DNA of 64,000 nt, taken from Calditrichia bacterium (GTDB taxonomy: Bacteria; Calditrichota; Calditrichia; JAJRVZ01). The notes beneath the pieces were generated by a model that was given only the letters and a program-made list of their open reading frames with translations, made no database searches and was not told the origin of the DNA. The translations under genes and the position numbers were made by a program. The stretch lies in assembly GCA_963777955.1 (NCBI GenBank), contig CAVZSQ010000023.1:14935-78934 (forward strand), read 5' to 3'. Numbering within the stretch: the stretch's first letter is position 1; the number at the start of each line of letters is the position of its first letter. This document shows positions 46,204 through 57,193 of the stretch, piece after piece.

Positions 46204-47103
46204 TTACTTCAACAGAGTCATTTTCCTGACGAATGATCCATTGGCAGTTATCAATTTATAAAAATAAATACCACTTGGTATATTCCCGGCATTAAATGAT
46301 ATCTCATGACGGCCAGCTGTCTGTGGTTGCTGATCCACTAGTGTTGTTATTTCCCGACCCAGTGAATCATAAATTTTCAGCGTAACTGCACTCACTTGTG
46401 CCAGTGAATAGGTAATTGTGGTTTGCGGATTGAATGGATTGGGATAATTTTGGAACAGAGCGAACTGGTCTGGTATACTGCCTTGATTCGCATCAACATC
46501 TGATCCACCGGCGGGTATCAAACTCAATTCATCAACTACCACATCGAAACTATACGAGGCTCCACCAGCCCAGACACCAATATTCATCATAAAGTAAACT
46601 GTATCGGGTACGCCAGTTTCACCGGGAGCCACAAAGAGCGGCCCTATACCTTTGACACTGTTATCCTGAAAGGTGCCATCTATAGCCTGCGGAGTGCCAT
46701 TCCAGGTATTAAAACCAACGATGGTGGTTCCGCCAACATCTGCGTGCAGGGGAGGTGCTACGGTATCGTATAATATCTCACACCAGAAATTAGTGATATT
46801 GCCTCCGATATCGGCGAATGCTCCTGAAACTTCATATTCGTCTCCACCCGTCAGCACAACCGGCTGCCAGAACAGGATATTGGTACTCTGGGTTACACTG
46901 GCCCAGGCGTGCAGACAACCACCGTTTCCATATTGCGGACCGGCAATGGTGTAGTTAAATTCGTATTCGGTTGTATCCTGACTGTCAAGATGAGACATGT
47001 GCCAGGCCGCGTCGTTTTCCATGTTGCCGCCGACCAGTAATTCCTGTGCACTGATATTTAAGGTTAAGAACATTAAAAAAATAAAAATTGTAATGATACG
47101 CAT
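46204..47103 (-). CDS. Secreted CBM-like beta-sandwich protein with Por-type C-terminal domain
   Basis: Signal peptide, LLVGGNME..W, VVDELSL, QNYPNPFNP...SGIYFY..RKMTLLK. Confidence 0.65.
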   Translation of the reverse strand: MRIITIFIFLMFLTLNISAQELLVGGNMENDAAWHMSHLDSQDTTEYEFNYTIAGPQYGNGGCLHAWASVTQSTNILFWQPVVLTGGDEYEVSGAFADIGGNITNFWCEILYDTVAPPLHADVGGTTIVGFNTWNGTPQAIDGTFQDNSVKGIGPLFVAPGETGVPDTVYFMMNIGVWAGGASYSFDVVVDELSLIPAGGSDVDANQGSIPDQFALFQNYPNPFNPQTTITYSLAQVSAVTLKIYDSLGREITTLVDQQPQTAGRHEISFNAGNIPSGIYFYKLITANGSFVRKMTLLK

Positions 47104-47289
47104 GCGAATTCCTCCTTTAAATTTAGTAATTATGAATCCGGTACAGCAAAAATCTGCCAGACTGTACCTGACTCGTTAGTTGGTATTATATTGTCCGCTA
47201 TTTATAAAAATCTATTGTGACTTTTTATGTAATGCAAGTTTTTTTGACTATTAAAACAATTCAAAAACAACTTATATCCGCATGAATGT

Positions 47290-49618
47290 TTAAAACAGTT
47301 TTGTTACTGTTAAGGTATCGGTCAGTACCTCTTGTGAATTTTTACCGACCATGATTTCAAACTCACCCGGTTGCACTACCCGCTTCATATCCAGGTTGAA
47401 GGCTTCGAGTTTCTCAGGAGTGATAGTGAATTTTACCGTACTGCTTTCCCCCGGAATCAGAGTAAGCCGTGCAAAATCTTTCAGTTCCCTGACCGGCCGG
47501 GTCGGCAGACTTACCAGATCACGAATATATAATTGTACAATTTCATCCCCTTGCACACTGCCGGTATTGCTGATCTCCACACTGATCTCTGCGGTACCTG
47601 ATGTAGTTATTTTAGCGGGTGTCAACTTCAAATTTTTATATTCAAACGTCGTATAACTCAAACCGAATCCAAAAGGATAAAGCGGAGTGGTATCGGCCAG
47701 TACGTAGTTGCGATGCATGGTCGGTTTCTTATTATAGTAACAGGGCAATTGTCCAACCGAGCGCGGAAAAGTAATGGGCAGTTTGCCGGATGGATTTACT
47801 TTGCCAAAAAGTACGTCGGCAACAGCATGTCCGGTCTCCTGTCCCAGATACCAGCACTCTATGATCGCCGGGGCACTCTGTTGCAGATAGTTTATACTGA
47901 TCGGACGTCCGTTGATTAACAGAATAACCACAGGCTTGCCGATGGCCAGGATTGCTTTGACCAGATCATTCTGACTGCCAACCAGATTCAGGTCATCACG
48001 GTCGCCCCGATGCATTTCACTCCAGGCCTCGCGGCAAATCAGTTCATTTTCACCCAGCACCAGCACTACGGCATCACTGGTTTTGGCTACCTGCACTGCT
48101 TCGGCAATGAGTTTGCGGTCATCTTCAGGATTACCCAGTATTGGATTTTCATTCACCCCCCAGTGACATTCCTTATTCAGGGTCAGTTTGCATCCTTCAG
48201 TATACGTTACATCGAATTTACGGGCGGCGAAATCCAGTATACCCTCCAGAACACTCACTCCGGCCATAGGCACTGCCGAGTAACCGCCCAGATGAATATC
48301 GGCAGCATTGGGACCGATGACAGCCAGGTTCTTTATTTTTGCCGGGTTCAGGGGGAGCGTGTTGTTTTCATTCTTCAATAACACCATGGCTTCATGAGCG
48401 GCTTTTAAAGCCAGGGCTTTGTGTTCTTTACTATTGGCGACTTTATCATACCGGTTGATATCAATATAAGGGTAATCAAACAGGCCGCTGCTGAATTTTA
48501 CCCGCAATACACTTGCGGCGGCCCGGTCGATATCCGCCACAGTTACCTCCCCATTTTTGACCTGCTCGACCAGGGAGCCGAAACAGCGTCCCCAGCTGCC
48601 CAGGTCATAATCCAGTCCGGCCTTGATCGAAAGCGCGCCGGATTCGGCAGGATTAGCTGCAGCGCGATGATTGGTATAGGTAAGATCCATCCCGCCGCCG
48701 TCGCTCATTACATATCCTTGAAAGCCCCATTCATCACGTAATATTTCCGTTAATAACTTATGATTGACATGGTTGGGAATCCCATCCCATTCATTATAAG
48801 AAGCCATGACCGATAAAGCCCCGCCCCGGCGGATAGCGATTTCAAAAGGATAGAGATGATTTTCACGGAAGATCCGTTCAGAAAAATTAACCGGTGCCAG
48901 GTTGCGGCCCCCTTCTGATTGACCATGGCCGGCAAAATGTTTCAGGGTGACCACTAACCGATTCTGATCGAGCATTTTAGTCACGGCCTTGCAGGCCGTA
49001 CACCGCTGCCAGCCCTATACGCGAGACCAGATAGGCATCCTCACCGTAGCATTCCTCGGTGCGGCCCCAGCGCGGATCCCGCGCCAGATCAAGTACCGGC
49101 GAAAGTACCTGCCGGGTGCCCCTGGCCCGCCCTTCCAGTGCTGCGGCGCTGAAATACCTGTTCCACCAGGGTAGTATCCCAGGTGCTGCCCAGGGCAATG
49201 GCCTGCGGAAAACTGGTGGCTCCGTGTACCATCAATCCATGCGAGTGATTCGCTGAAAATGAAGGCGGGAATGCCCAGCCGTGTTTTTTCAACCAGGTAT
49301 TTTTGTAAACTGTTGATGCAGCGGGCCCGCCGGCGGTTATCCCCTTCCCTTCTGAAACTCCGGCCGCTGAAAGTACCGATCCCGCGATTGAGCAGGGCGG
49401 TATCGGCAGTGCCGACAAAGTTTCCGGCATCGTCAAAGGCACTGCTATCTCTCAACCAGAATGAGGACAGTTGTCCGACCTTTTCTTCCAGGGTCATTAA
49501 TCTTTAACAGGTCGGCCACTCGTTGTTCCACAGGCAGGGTCGAATTTTTATAATCCGGCAACGGCGTGGAACTCATCATAAACAGGATACAAATTAGCAA
49601 CAGCATATACTTTTTCAT
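47290..49618 (-). CDS. GH3 beta-glucosidase/xylosidase with Fn3-like domain (several frameshifts in the 5' part)
   Basis: MTLEEKVGQL, TRLGIP, ARDPRWGRTEE, KHFAGH, VMSDG, NPSGKLPITFP, YPFGFGLSYT. Confidence 0.9.
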
Positions 49619-49646
49619 CTCCCTCTTCTCCTCACCTTCAATACAA

Positions 49647-50885
49647 CTATTTTTGAAATAATATTTTACCGGCAGTTTCATAACTGTCAACCTGAAATTT
49701 ATAAAAATAGATCCCGCTTGCTAATCCGCGGGGATTCCATTTTTCCTGATGATCGCCAGCCGGCCGCTGTCCGTCAGACAAGGTAATGATTTCCTGTCCT
49801 GCTAAATTATAGATTTTTATACTCACCCGGCTTGTTTTGACTAAATGGTATTGCAGCACCACGGCGGCGTTGAAGGGATTTGGATAAATCTCCAGGCGGA
49901 TAGCAGGTCTGGAGCGGCACTTGTTGCAGTCGCCAGGGCTGTTGCCGGCGGATAAATAGGATTGCCGTCTTCATCCACCGTGACTTATCGCTTCAAAATT
50001 TGAACCGCTGATAGTTTTCAACTCTCCCAGAATATCATCATCCCAGCGGTCGTCCGGTGCGCCGCTGATGTACCAATTGCTGCCATTATCAGCTACGATC
50101 ATGCCGTATTTTTTCAGGGCCAGCAGGATGACCTGAACCGGTTCAGAGAATCCGCTTATATCAAAATCCGCTTTCAGGCGAAATCTAAGTCCCATGGGGG
50201 GGAAATCGGGATCGGTTGAATCGCTGGCAAAATGACGGGCCGGATAGATGTATTTCCGCTGCGTTTGCTGGACAGTAAACCGCAGGGCATGGTCGATTTT
50301 TTTTTGTATATACACCTCTTCATAACGTACCAGCCCGGGGAAAATAGGCAGACCGGCTGCATCGGCCGAGGTCCATCCTTCCGGACGGAGTTCATTACTG
50401 GTCAGATCAAATTTTGCTCCGGACGCTGCCTCCCAACTGGCAGTTTGCGGAAAAGCCCGGTACAACTCGTACAGCATGGCATTGTCCATATCCACGACCA
50501 GGACATGGCGGTCTCCATTTGATTCGGGTCCCCCTTCGATCTCTGCATCAAGTGGAACTGGGAACGGTCCGGGATCGCTTTCAGATCCATAAGCCGTATA
50601 TGCAACCGGCAATTGGGTTTGACCACTATGCACCACGACATAAGGAATGCCAATCGGAGCCCCGGCCCATACTGTACCAAAATCGGGATGAAGAGTAACC
50701 TCCCCGCCGATACTTTTAATGAAGTTTGCAGAATTCGGGTGTACAGCGTAACTGCTGATATCCCAATTCCAGGGATTATCGGCAGGAAAAACCTGTAGAT
50801 TGCCGATGTCTGGCGACTCGGAACCGGTTGCAGCGGTATTAATCAAAACAACAAATATGAATACAAAATAAATAAATCGAATCAT
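49647..50885 (-). CDS. Uncharacterised secreted protein with Por/FlgD-type C-terminal domain (frameshifts near 49980 and 49890)
   Basis: Signal peptide; FPADNPWN, LHPDFG, ESDPGP, DRH, WTSADAAGLP, HALRF; ORF 49647-49862 gives IYNLAGQEI..ASGIYFY. Confidence 0.7.
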
Positions 50886-50951
50886 GTCAGGGCTATGATC
50901 ATTTTATGGGAAATATATAATCGGGTAAGTAAATTTCTATTGATACACACT

Positions 50952-52271
50952 TTATTTAACCAATATCAATTTATGCGCCTGTTTGAATACATTGTTTCCG
51001 TCATTGACCGTTATCTGATACAAATAGGAACCGCTGGCTGCGGTATTACCTGTTTCATCCAGACCATTCCAGTAAGCCAGATGACTGCCCCTGGTCTGCC
51101 AGTCATCAACCAGTGTACGCACTTTACGCCCCTGCATATCAAAAATATCCAGGGTTATATTTGCCGCTGCAGGTATTTTATACCTGATTTCCGTTGAAGA
51201 ATTGAAAGGATTGGGAGAATTCTGTTTCAGTTCACATCGTTCCGGTGTGATGAAATCAGACTTACCTATCCGATCCGGATTGCAGTAACCGTAGTCCATG
51301 AAATAAGACCGCACCGAAGTATTTTGGATACTGTTCGGATCGGTAACGGCAACCTCCAGTCCCCAATCATATAATTCCGCATAAGTCCCGCCATCGCTCA
51401 TATCCCAGAACGGGTTACAGTTGCCGAACCAGGACCAGGCGATCCAGCCCACTTCGTTTGCCTGGCATTGAGCCAGGATGGTCAGGTAGGCAATCGAATT
51501 ATCTGCAGTTATACTGTCATCATCGCACTCACCATGCATCTGGGAAAATTCTCCTACTATCAGTGGCAGTCCCATGTTGACCGACTGGGCAATTTCATCG
51601 ATGATATCCTGTTCATCAAAGCCGTACATTTGCGGCCACCACATGTGAACGGAAAACAGCAAATTGTGATCCGGATCGGCGTTGATCAGGTAGGGACCCT
51701 CAGCCTGCATTATATTTATATTCTTGCCCCAATCCGTGCCATCGATGACCAGCGGGACATGGATACCGGCATTGCGAATCTGGTTAATGGCTGATTCATA
51801 GCCTGTTCTGAAACTTGCATTTGATACGGAATAGTTACCGCACTCATTGGCGATATTTAATATAAAGTACTGTTCATAAGTTAAGATTACATTTACTATA
51901 TCCTCGCGGATCCAGTAATTGACGCAGGTCTGCAGTTTACTCCAATCACCGGTGGCATCATGCAGTTCAACCATCGGGATCATGCCGTATTGTATACAAT
52001 TATAGACCGCAGCATTCAGATCTGCAGCCGTACCATTAGTTTGCCAGACGATACGCACCACATTGGCACCGGTCAGATCGATTTCCGGATATTGAGTCAA
52101 GCCGCTTTTATCGAACCATATATTCGGATTAGCCACACCGCGCAATATGACCTTTTCTCCGCATACATCATAGAGGTGCCGGCCGACGACATGAAAACCG
52201 GGATAGTCCTGCGCCTGGAGGAGTGTAAATGACACTATAATCATTATGAATATCGAATTAAATTTACGCAT
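50952..52271 (-). CDS. GH5 glycoside hydrolase (beta-mannanase-like) with FlgD/Por C-terminal domain
   Basis: GANVVRI, ELHDATG, NIANE, FSVHMW, IVGEF, GWIAWSW; QNSPNPFN..ASGSYLY. Confidence 0.85.
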   Translation of the reverse strand: MRKFNSIFIMIIVSFTLLQAQDYPGFHVVGRHLYDVCGEKVILRGVANPNIWFDKSGLTQYPEIDLTGANVVRIVWQTNGTAADLNAAVYNCIQYGMIPMVELHDATGDWSKLQTCVNYWIREDIVNVILTYEQYFILNIANECGNYSVSNASFRTGYESAINQIRNAGIHVPLVIDGTDWGKNINIMQAEGPYLINADPDHNLLFSVHMWWPQMYGFDEQDIIDEIAQSVNMGLPLIVGEFSQMHGECDDDSITADNSIAYLTILAQCQANEVGWIAWSWFGNCNPFWDMSDGGTYAELYDWGLEVAVTDPNSIQNTSVRSYFMDYGYCNPDRIGKSDFITPERCELKQNSPNPFNSSTEIRYKIPAAANITLDIFDMQGRKVRTLVDDWQTRGSHLAYWNGLDETGNTAASGSYLYQITVNDGNNVFKQAHKLILVK

Positions 52272-52288
52272 GTATAGTCTCCGTGCTA

Positions 52289-54418
52289 TTATCGCAATAA
52301 GATCATTTTTCTGGTTTCGCTGACCTGATCGTCAACCTCTAACCGAAAAAAATAGACTCCGCTGGAATATCCGGCAGCATCAAACGAAATTGAATGGGAA
52401 CCGGCCGCCTGCTTTTGCTGCACCAGTATTTTAAGTTCACTACCCAGCAGGTCATAGATTTTCAGAATAACCCGCGCCGGTTTTGGCAGGGCATATGTTA
52501 TAGTGGTCGAAGGATTGAATGGATTGGGAAAGTTTTGATTCAGGTAAAAATTGATCACAGTTGCCGGTTGGTGATCATCCAGACTGCTGACATTATGCTT
52601 ATAAGGGTACAGCGGATCATAACCGGCGTCGCCCCAGTTGATCGGGATCTGATCCATAACAGCGGGCCAGGAGTGAGTCAGCATTCCTCTCGGCTGGAAA
52701 TCACCAAACAATATATCAGCCACACCATCCCCTTCCGTGCCGGGCAACCAGGCAGCAAACAGGACGTCGGTATAGGGAAGTATTTCATCGAGAATCATCG
52801 GTCGGCCGGAGATCAGAATTACTACTGTCAGTATTCCTGCTTCTTTAACGCGCCGAACCGTTTCAACATCTGCAGCAGAGAGACCAAGATCACTACGGTC
52901 CCCGTTATATTCCGCGTAGGGAAGTTCCCCGATTGCGATCACTGCCACATCGGCATCGCTGACACCCGAACCATCGGCCGAGAAGACGACTGTTGCCCCG
53001 TTAACAGCATTTTGTATTCCATCAAGGATCGTAGTACCGGGGGTTATTTCTCCACTGGCGCCCTGCCAGTAGATAGTCCAGCCGCCGCATTGGTTGCCGA
53101 TATTATCGGCGTTAGAACCCGCCACCAGAATTTTTCCGCTTGTTTTACTGAGTGGCAGTACAGCAGCATCATTTTTTAACAAGACCATTGATTCGCGAAC
53201 ACATTGCCGGGCCACGGCCCGATGCTCCAGGCTGCCCACCTGGCTGGTCAAAGTGCGATCTGTGTACGGTCTTTCAAATAATCCCAATTGAAATTTAATC
53301 CGCAGGATCCGTGAGACGGCATCATCAATCCTGGTTACATGAACCGAATCAGCAGTTACCAGTTGTTTGAGGGTGGAAATAAAATTTGCATACGTATTGG
53401 GAGCCATGGCCATATCGATTCCGGCGTTGATGGCTTTTTTCACGTTATCAGTGTAAGATCCCCCCAGTTGATCGATGCCGTTCCAATCCGAAACGATAAA
53501 GCCGCTGAAACCCAGTTCGGTTTTCAGGACATCGGTAAGTAAATATTTATTGCCATGCATGCGTTCCCCGTTCCAACTGCTGAAGGAGACCATAACAGTG
53601 CCCACTCCCGCTTCCACTGCAGCGATATATCCCGGCAGGTGAATCGCCCGCAGCGTGCTCTCATCCATCTGGGTATTACCCTGATCATCACCGCCGGTCG
53701 TGCCGCCGTCGCCGAGATAATGTTTGGCGCAGGCCACAATAGAACCGCGGTATGCCAGCGAATCGCCCTGAAAGCCGTTAACCGCTGCAGGTGCCATCAG
53801 CATGGTAATTTCTGCGGTTTCACCGAATCCCTCGTAAGTCCGGCCCCAGCGTTCGTCACGGGGGACTGCGATACAGGGTCCAAAAGTCCAGTCAATGCCG
53901 GTACCGGCGACTTCCAGGGCGGTAATCCGGGCCGCCTGGCGCACCAGATCCGGATTCCAGGTGCAACCCAGGCCGATGTTATGCGGGAAGATAACTGCTC
54001 CGCGGACATTATTATGACCGTGCACCGCATCGACGCCATAGATGACCGGGATCTTTAAACGGGTTTCCAGGGCCTTGACCTGAAAGGCATCGTACATATC
54101 GGCCCAGCCGGCCGGTGTATTAGTGGCCGGAGCCGAACCCCCTCCGGATAATATAGAGCCCAGAAAATATGTCTTGATGGCATCTCCGGATGAGATATTG
54201 GCACGCTCGGCCTGAGTCATCTGTCCTATTTTTTCATCCAGGGTCATACGCGAGAGCAGGTCAGCAACGCGGGCATCGAGAGTGGCAGTCGAGTCAAGAT
54301 ATACCTGGGCAGATACGCCGGGTATCATAAGTAACAGGAATATTATGAACAGAAAACAGTTTCGAATGATAATGCCTTTAGTATCATGTACTTCCATCTT
54401 GACCATACCCGCTTCCAA
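52289..54418 (-). CDS. GH3 beta-glucosidase/exo-beta-glucanase with Por-type C-terminal domain
   Basis: MTLDEKIGQMTQ, DAVHGHNN, RWGRTYEGF, KHYLGDGG, IVSDW, AWLPGTEG; QNFPNPFNP tail. Confidence 0.9.
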   Translation of the reverse strand: MEAGMVKMEVHDTKGIIIRNCFLFIIFLLLMIPGVSAQVYLDSTATLDARVADLLSRMTLDEKIGQMTQAERANISSGDAIKTYFLGSILSGGGSAPATNTPAGWADMYDAFQVKALETRLKIPVIYGVDAVHGHNNVRGAVIFPHNIGLGCTWNPDLVRQAARITALEVAGTGIDWTFGPCIAVPRDERWGRTYEGFGETAEITMLMAPAAVNGFQGDSLAYRGSIVACAKHYLGDGGTTGGDDQGNTQMDESTLRAIHLPGYIAAVEAGVGTVMVSFSSWNGERMHGNKYLLTDVLKTELGFSGFIVSDWNGIDQLGGSYTDNVKKAINAGIDMAMAPNTYANFISTLKQLVTADSVHVTRIDDAVSRILRIKFQLGLFERPYTDRTLTSQVGSLEHRAVARQCVRESMVLLKNDAAVLPLSKTSGKILVAGSNADNIGNQCGGWTIYWQGASGEITPGTTILDGIQNAVNGATVVFSADGSGVSDADVAVIAIGELPYAEYNGDRSDLGLSAADVETVRRVKEAGILTVVILISGRPMILDEILPYTDVLFAAWLPGTEGDGVADILFGDFQPRGMLTHSWPAVMDQIPINWGDAGYDPLYPYKHNVSSLDDHQPATVINFYLNQNFPNPFNPSTTITYALPKPARVILKIYDLLGSELKILVQQKQAAGSHSISFDAAGYSSGVYFFRLEVDDQVSETRKMILLR

Positions 54419-54507
54419 TTACTCAGTATATATTACTCTATTTTGCATAATAATAAGGATAGGCATTAATATTTTCCAGATTTATTTAAAATGGCAGTCT
54501 TTATAAC

Positions 54508-55872
54508 TCACTGGAAGAAAACATTTTGAGCACACATGGGAATCATCCTGCCATCAGGAAGGGGATAATGATTGCAGCATTTGATCAATCGCCCAAAATC
54601 AAAAGTATCTAGATCCATAAATTGGTGGATAAATATTGCTTTCATGGATTCAGAACCGATTTTGAATATTTCTTTAGCCGAAAATGAAGAATCATTCAGA
54701 CTGTTAAATATTCTTTTTATTCTTTGCAGGACTGCTGCCGGGAGATCCGCTGAATCTGCCGCAGACCAGAACTCGTAAATTTTTTCCTTAAGAACCGAGA
54801 AGCCGGACTGATCCAGTCCCGGTAATGTTTTATTGGCTATAATATTCAGATACTGCTCCTTCCCCAAAAAATCTTTCAAACTAAGATATTTATTGTCACC
54901 CAGATCGAAATAATAGGAAAGGGCAAAACAGGAAAAATGCGAACACGGCAAAGGATTAAAATCACCAGTCCGGGTAAAATTACTTTTTTCAATTTCCCGG
55001 ACGACATCCGGTATAGTAATTCTATCTGAATGTGATCCAAACACTCTGGCCCTGCCGGTAAAGGCAGCGGGCTGAAACATCAGGCTTAACGCTTTAGAAA
55101 TAAAAAAGAAATTAACCAAATTTGTGATTTCATGGTCATTGATACCTTTGACTATGGTAGAAACCAGGGAATATCTTATTTCTTCTTTCTCCAGCAGTTC
55201 AATTAATTTCTGTTTTTGTTTGGCCAGATCAGCACCTCGCAAACTACTGTAAGTTTCAGGTAAAAAACCATCGAATTGCACTGCGGCGATTGTTCCTGTT
55301 TCTTTAAAGATACTTCTTAATCCACTATTTTTTAATAGATTCAAACCATTGGTTGAGACCGTAACCTGTGTCAGGCTATGTTCATTCGCCAGTTGCAGGA
55401 ATTTTTCAAAATCCGGATGCAGGGTGGGTTCGCCGCCGCTGAGATTGATGACATGAACCTCTTCTTCGCACTCCTTCAGCCTGGTCAGGATACCGGTGAA
55501 TTGTGAAACAGATAACTTGAAAGATTTTTTGAATTTTTTTAAACAGACCGGACAATTTAAATCACAATCACTGTTAATTTCTATAACGGGCAGACAGGTA
55601 TGTTGCTGGTGTTCAGGACAAAGTCCGCATGACTCCGGACAGCCTTTAAAGTCAGGTATACTGATATTTTTCGGAACCTGCCCCGGTTTCACGTACGATA
55701 TGCTGGATTGATACCATCCGGAATCCGAACAAATCAGGGCCAATGTCGTACCATGTTGCGGGCAGTACTTCTTTAAATATACTTTATTTTCCGATTCAAT
55801 GATCTGGGCATTAACGACTCCTGTACAGACCGGACAAAGGGCTTTAGTATAATTATAAATCTTCGTGGCCAT
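54508..55872 (-). CDS. Radical SAM enzyme, tetraether-synthase (Tes/GDGT-MAS, MJ0619)-like, copy A
   Basis: CPVC...CPQHG, GCPESCGLCPEH, CDLNCPVC, SGGEPTLHP, QFDG, PCSHFSC, FMD..FDFGRLIKCC..DGRMIPMC. Confidence 0.8.
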   Translation of the reverse strand: MATKIYNYTKALCPVCTGVVNAQIIESENKVYLKKYCPQHGTTLALICSDSGWYQSSISYVKPGQVPKNISIPDFKGCPESCGLCPEHQQHTCLPVIEINSDCDLNCPVCLKKFKKSFKLSVSQFTGILTRLKECEEEVHVINLSGGEPTLHPDFEKFLQLANEHSLTQVTVSTNGLNLLKNSGLRSIFKETGTIAAVQFDGFLPETYSSLRGADLAKQKQKLIELLEKEEIRYSLVSTIVKGINDHEITNLVNFFFISKALSLMFQPAAFTGRARVFGSHSDRITIPDVVREIEKSNFTRTGDFNPLPCSHFSCFALSYYFDLGDNKYLSLKDFLGKEQYLNIIANKTLPGLDQSGFSVLKEKIYEFWSAADSADLPAAVLQRIKRIFNSLNDSSFSAKEIFKIGSESMKAIFIHQFMDLDTFDFGRLIKCCNHYPLPDGRMIPMCAQNVFFQ

Positions 55873-55895
55873 TACCCTCGTTTTAGTATTAGTTA

Positions 55896-56456
55896 CTATA
55901 ATTCTTTTTTCTTAAGGTGTGATTTGACGATCTCGAAAGATTCTTCATTAGTTGCGATATCTTTATAGATGTAACTGCCATATGGTATATCGACCATTTT
56001 GCCAATTCTTACTCCGTTCCTGATCATTGCCGATCCCCCGATGGTCACGCCTGTTTCGATTTTAATTCGGCCCAGCCGGTAGCGCTGATGAGCAAACTCA
56101 TGACTGAACAACTTTACCCCCCAGCCCAGGATGCAATAATCATCAATTTCGATCAATGCTGGAAAATGAGGATCCAGGAGAACCTCAGGTGAAAGATAAA
56201 CACCCTTTCCGATTTTAATCCCGATAGAGCGGTATAATAACACTTTTATGGGGGAATAATCGATATACTGGGCCAGGCGCGCTATCAAAAATCTCAGGTA
56301 AAATTTATAACGGGTCAGACCGGGAAAAATAACCGCATAAATAAATTTAATTCTGTCTTCAAGTTCTGCCTGCACAGTAAATTCAAAGTATTTTTCATTA
56401 CTGCTCAGGAATTGTGCCAGTTCCCGGCGCAGAGTTAATATCAGGTTTTTATCCAT
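55896..56456 (-). CDS. Left-handed beta-helix (hexapeptide) acyltransferase-like protein
   Basis: GIKIGKGVYL, IEIDDYCILG, IKIETGVTIGGSAMIRNGVRIG; likely start MDKNL at 56456. Confidence 0.75.
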   Translation of the reverse strand: MDKNLILTLRRELAQFLSSNEKYFEFTVQAELEDRIKFIYAVIFPGLTRYKFYLRFLIARLAQYIDYSPIKVLLYRSIGIKIGKGVYLSPEVLLDPHFPALIEIDDYCILGWGVKLFSHEFAHQRYRLGRIKIETGVTIGGSAMIRNGVRIGKMVDIPYGSYIYKDIATNEESFEIVKSHLKKKEL

Positions 56457-56457
56457 T

Positions 56458-57173
56458 TTAAAAACCATATTGAGGATTATCGATATCGAAATCGTACTCA
56501 CTAAGACCGACATTTACCGCGAGATCATAGAAATGGTAGTCTTCCAACAAATCAATTCCCAGGCCATAAACAGTAATTCGTACCGGCAGAAAATACTGTT
56601 TTTCGAAATATACTTCAATGCATTGTCCGTAATATGTGGTTTTACCGTTGAATGAAATTTTAAAATATATGGCAGGCTGGCCAGACAACAGAGTGTCGCG
56701 GCTGGCTATTATTTGCAGATCCTTATTGGCCTGGGCCAGAGTATAGTTCCTGGCAATCAGATCAATAATATTGCCCAGGCCTGCCTCCATAATGGCATGA
56801 CGGTTATGCTTCATGGCCGCCCTGCCCCGCGGATCGATGTGCACTGTGAACAAGCCGAAAAATGAGTTCAGGTGCACGATTTCCTTATTATTATATTTTC
56901 CGGCAACATACAATGATTCTATCCCGCGCTTCCTGCCTTCCAGCCATTTCAGATAGTAATGATCCGGTTTCATGAATTTGATTAGATTTTTCTGTCATCA
57001 ACAATTTCAGTATCTACCGTTTCTGTTTTATCGAATACGGCCGTATAGTCCTGGATCTGCGCATAATTGTTAATGCATTTCCTGATGATTTCATCAGGAT
57101 TTAAGGGACCAACCTGCCGGCTGGCAGCGTTTGAAAAAAGAAGGATTGACAACCAATAAATGCATGTTTTCAT
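56458..57173 (-). CDS. DUF1571-like exported protein (frameshift near 56985)
   Basis: Signal-like N-terminus, IQDYTAVFDKTE, KFMKP..YLKW..G.E.LYVAG, IDPRG..AM..NRHAIMEAGLG, NVGLSEYDFD..NPQYGF. Confidence 0.7.
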
Positions 57174-57193
57174 GTCTGCCCCGTCTATTTATC

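Noticed and set aside
52394..54058. Long antisense ORFs (e.g. 52394-53179, 10005-10697, 28439-29005)
   Set aside because: Shadow frames opposite well-supported CAZyme genes.
54508..55872. MoaA or methanopterin methyltransferase annotation for the Tes-like genes
   Set aside because: The extra N-terminal Cys/His motifs are not MoaA-like, no molybdopterin or methanopterin genes are nearby, and the MJ0619 family was reassigned to lipid C-C coupling.
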